Below the pieces are notes generated by a model, which saw nothing but the letters and a program-made list of their open reading frames with translations, did no database searches and was not told where the DNA came from. A program made the position numbers and the translations under genes. This document shows, in pieces, positions 60,875-64,000 of a stretch of 64,000 nt of DNA (the stretch's first letter is position 1; each line of letters begins with the position of its first letter). Source of the DNA: Botryllus schlosseri (Eukaryota); assembly GCA_051294905.1 (NCBI GenBank), contig CM119372.1:496001-560000 (forward strand), written 5' to 3'.

Positions 60875-63192
60875 TAGGGTGGAGTGAAAATGACTTTTTT
60901 TTTTCAAATCAAAAAAGGCCTTCCTCAATCCTGACAAATGACCTAAAACTTCAATTAAAAGTGACTTCAGGGTGTTGCCCCCATTTTCCAGCCGGCAACC
61001 CCCCAATTTCTGCGCGTGGGGTGGTAAAATGGCCCATCTCGGCAACCGCTGGTCGTAGAGTCATGATATATAGCTCAAAATCTGCGGAAGCATCATGTTT
61101 CTATCTGTCTTCTGAGGAAAGTTTTCTCTATTGTGAACGCAAAATGAGTTATAGCCAAAAAACTATATATACGCACACTTTTGTTGAAATTCAGCATTTA
61201 TTCTGACGAATTGTGATCTGCCATTAGTTTTTTTTAAAGTAAAGTAACACACTGGCAATACCGAATATTGGGCCCATATTACAAATATATTCACAACACA
61301 GTCCTTTTAAAATCGGTTCAAAACATCATAATGAAACATTCACATTGAACGTCTTATCTTAAAAATGCATTCTTTTGTCAAGTTTTTTCATCAGTTTACG
61401 AGACTTAATTTTTCGGCGAATGAGGCCATCTCGTCTTTGAAATCCCGAAACGTGCCCTGATGCTTCTGTTACGAGCTTTACATGATGTTCCATGCACTGT
61501 TTGATTGCGGCATGGATGAAACAAAATCAGAGGCTTCTCGCGGCATTCTTTTAACTCTGCATCAGTTAAGTGCTCAATCGCTGGAGAAACTTGTTGATAT
61601 AAGGTTCAATATCAACCAACTCGTGGTATACCTTTGCTTCCAAGTTCAACTTTGAGACGCAGAATAAACGAACAGGACCGCAGTTCAATTGGTTGGAACC
61701 GCTATGACTCTCAATGTCCAGGAGTGAATTTTATTCAGCGGCATGTTTTCGAATCGCCAGCACCTTGGTCACACCCAATTGAAAAAAACTACGTGGAAGT
61801 GTATCTTGTTGGCCAGTTACTCAATTCAAAAAGCTCTCGCCACCACTTATGGCCTTTCAAAAGCTCCCATAGGAAATTGTTAGTGACTTAAGTAAGGACC
61901 AGTTATATGCTTATAAATGTGCTGGGCAATTATTCAAGGAAATGCTGATGATGATCTGGCTTACTTGGAGGTTGGACCACCGGTTGCGCATTCAAGATGG
62001 CTAACTTTAGGATGCAGTGCAGAGTTTTGCGGTATTATGTAACAGTTAATGAACAACCTCTAAACCTGGAGATTCTGGTTCGTTTTTGCCTTGAAGTATA
62101 TTTTCCAACTTGGTTTGAGATCAAGGGAAACAAACATATAACACATGGACCCAGAAACATCTTCAACTTGATTAAACAGGTTTTGAATTTCTCTGACCGA
62201 AACGTTCGAAAAATTGCTCCGAATGTGGTGATAAGAAACGGTTATTCCGCACACCCCGAAAATATTATGATTGCAATGCTGGTAGATGATAATGAAGACA
62301 TACGAAATAAGGGTGTGACCAAGGTGCTTGCGTTTCGAAAACATGCCGCTGAATAAAATTCACTTGTGGACAATGAAAGTCATAGCAGTTCCAACCAATT
62401 GAACTGGGGTCCTATTCGTTTATTCTGTGTCCCAAAGCCAAGGCATACCACGAATTGGTTGATATTGAACCTTATCAACAACTTCCTCCAACGATTGAGC
62501 ACTTAACTGATGCAGAGTTAGAAGAATGCCGCGAGAAGCCTCTGATTTTGTTTCATCCATGCCACAATCAAACAGTGGAACGACATGTAAAGCTCGTAAC
62601 AGAAGCATCAGCACTAGTTTCGGGATTTCAAAGACGAGATGGCCTCATTCGCCGAAAAATTAAGTCTCGTAAACTGATGAAAAAACTTTACAAAAGAATG
62701 CATTTTTAATAAAAGTCGTTAAATGTGAGTGTTTCATTATGATGTTTTGAACCGATTTTTAAAAGGACTGTGTTGTGAATATATTTGTAATATGGGCCCA
62801 ATATTCGGCATTGCCACTGTGTTGCTTTACTTTAAAAAAAACTAATGACAGATCACAATTCGTCAGAATAAATGCTGAATTTCAACAAAAATGTGCGTAT
62901 ATATAGTTTTTTGGCTATAACTCATTTTGTGTTCACAATAGAGAAAACTTTCCTCAGAAGACAGATAGAAACATGATGCTTCCGCAGATTTTGAGCTATA
63001 TATCATGACTCTACGACCAGCGGTTGCCGAGATGGGCCATTTTACCCCCCACGCGCAGAAATTGGGGGGTTGCCGGCTGGAAAATGGGGGCAACACCCTG
63101 AAGTCACTTTTAATTGAAGTTTTAGGTCATTTGTCAGGATTGAGGATGGCCTTTTTTGATTTGAAAAAAAAAGTCATTTTCACTCCACCCTA
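60875..63192. mobile_element. hATm-like element derivative with ~900-bp inverted arms
   Basis: TAGGGTGGAG ... CTCCACCCTA; 60875-61776 is the reverse complement of 62311-63192. Confidence 0.85.
61980..62709 (+). pseudogene. hATm-type transposase C-terminal remnant
   Basis: HSRWLT, VYFPTWFEIK, NGYSAHPENI and PCHNQTVERHVKLVTEAS...RRDGLIR motifs, with a stop and frameshifts. Confidence 0.75.
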
Positions 63193-64000
63193 CTAATCAG
63201 GTCTTTGGTATGACCCGGCCGGGGATCGAACCCACGACCTACCGCTCAAGAACCCGGATGCTTAACCATTACGCTATTTTGTTGGTTTGTTATGAATTAC
63301 TCCCAACAGCATCTTACAAAACTTTTCTTTGATATGAGCTCACACCAAGATTGTAATGACCCAAGTTGAATGTTTCTTAAATGACTCGACTCAACTTGTA
63401 AAAAAGTAAGTATTCTAGGTCTAGTTTTGTCTTAAAAAACTTGAAACTGAAGTAGAAATAGTCAAATGTCGTAACCGCTAATGGAAGTAGTGCAAGTAGG
63501 CAAAACCTACTTGAGTACTTTAACAAAGTGGTTAATAGCGAGACAAATAAATATATTAAGGGTGCGAGAGATTAATTTAACCCGAGCAGAGTTATAAAAT
63601 AATAAGTATGACTTGGAGTTGAGTGTCAACTCTGTGACTCGGACATAAATTGAAAAATGACTCTAGTCAAAACTACGAAAGTACGATTGCCTTGTGACTT
63701 TGCTAACACCAAGGTTTGTACACATGTACAATACGGTTGTTTAGAATTCACCGAAAAAAAAGTCATGGTTTTCAGTCCATTTCCCATGCCTTATCCCCTA
63801 AAAACATATTCTAGCTACTTTTTTCTGTAACTCATCCCTCGCATCTGTGTGCATGTTGAGCTGGAAGAATATCGGCTGAAAATGAAGGATTCCCCTAAAA
63901 TTTGAGTGCCGCGATTTTACCTAGCCTACTAAAATGTCATTTATGTCAGGGTTTAAGCAGCTGCTGTGGTTTGTGGGGATGCAAAACCTCACTATATACA

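Overview
Repeat-dense animal genomic DNA; an ascidian or other marine deuterostome is my inference only. I can build two spliced genes, arranged head-to-head. (1) LZTFL1/BBS17 on + (8 coding exons, 32838-41531, 296 aa). (2) An unrecognised 4-exon gene on - (17549-16379, 107 aa) encoding a signal peptide, a Tyr-rich cationic 57-mer, an amidation-type Gly and an acidic tail. This is the precursor layout of styelin/clavanin host-defence peptides and is the best novelty candidate. Most of the rest is transposon-derived: the 3' end of a Ty3/Gypsy element with PPT and LTR, a solo LTR, L2/Crack-type LINE ends, tRNA-derived SINEs, a U6 pseudogene, and many TIR elements whose TSDs can be read directly. 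These include a 7-bp-TSD P-like family (THAP remnant, antisense C2H2 ORF, excision-like stub), hAT elements in a five-level nest, 8-bp-TSD MITEs each with its own short-motif array, and several long foldbacks, the largest an 11-kb structure with satellite-built arms. Family names come from recalled motifs; no database searches were run.
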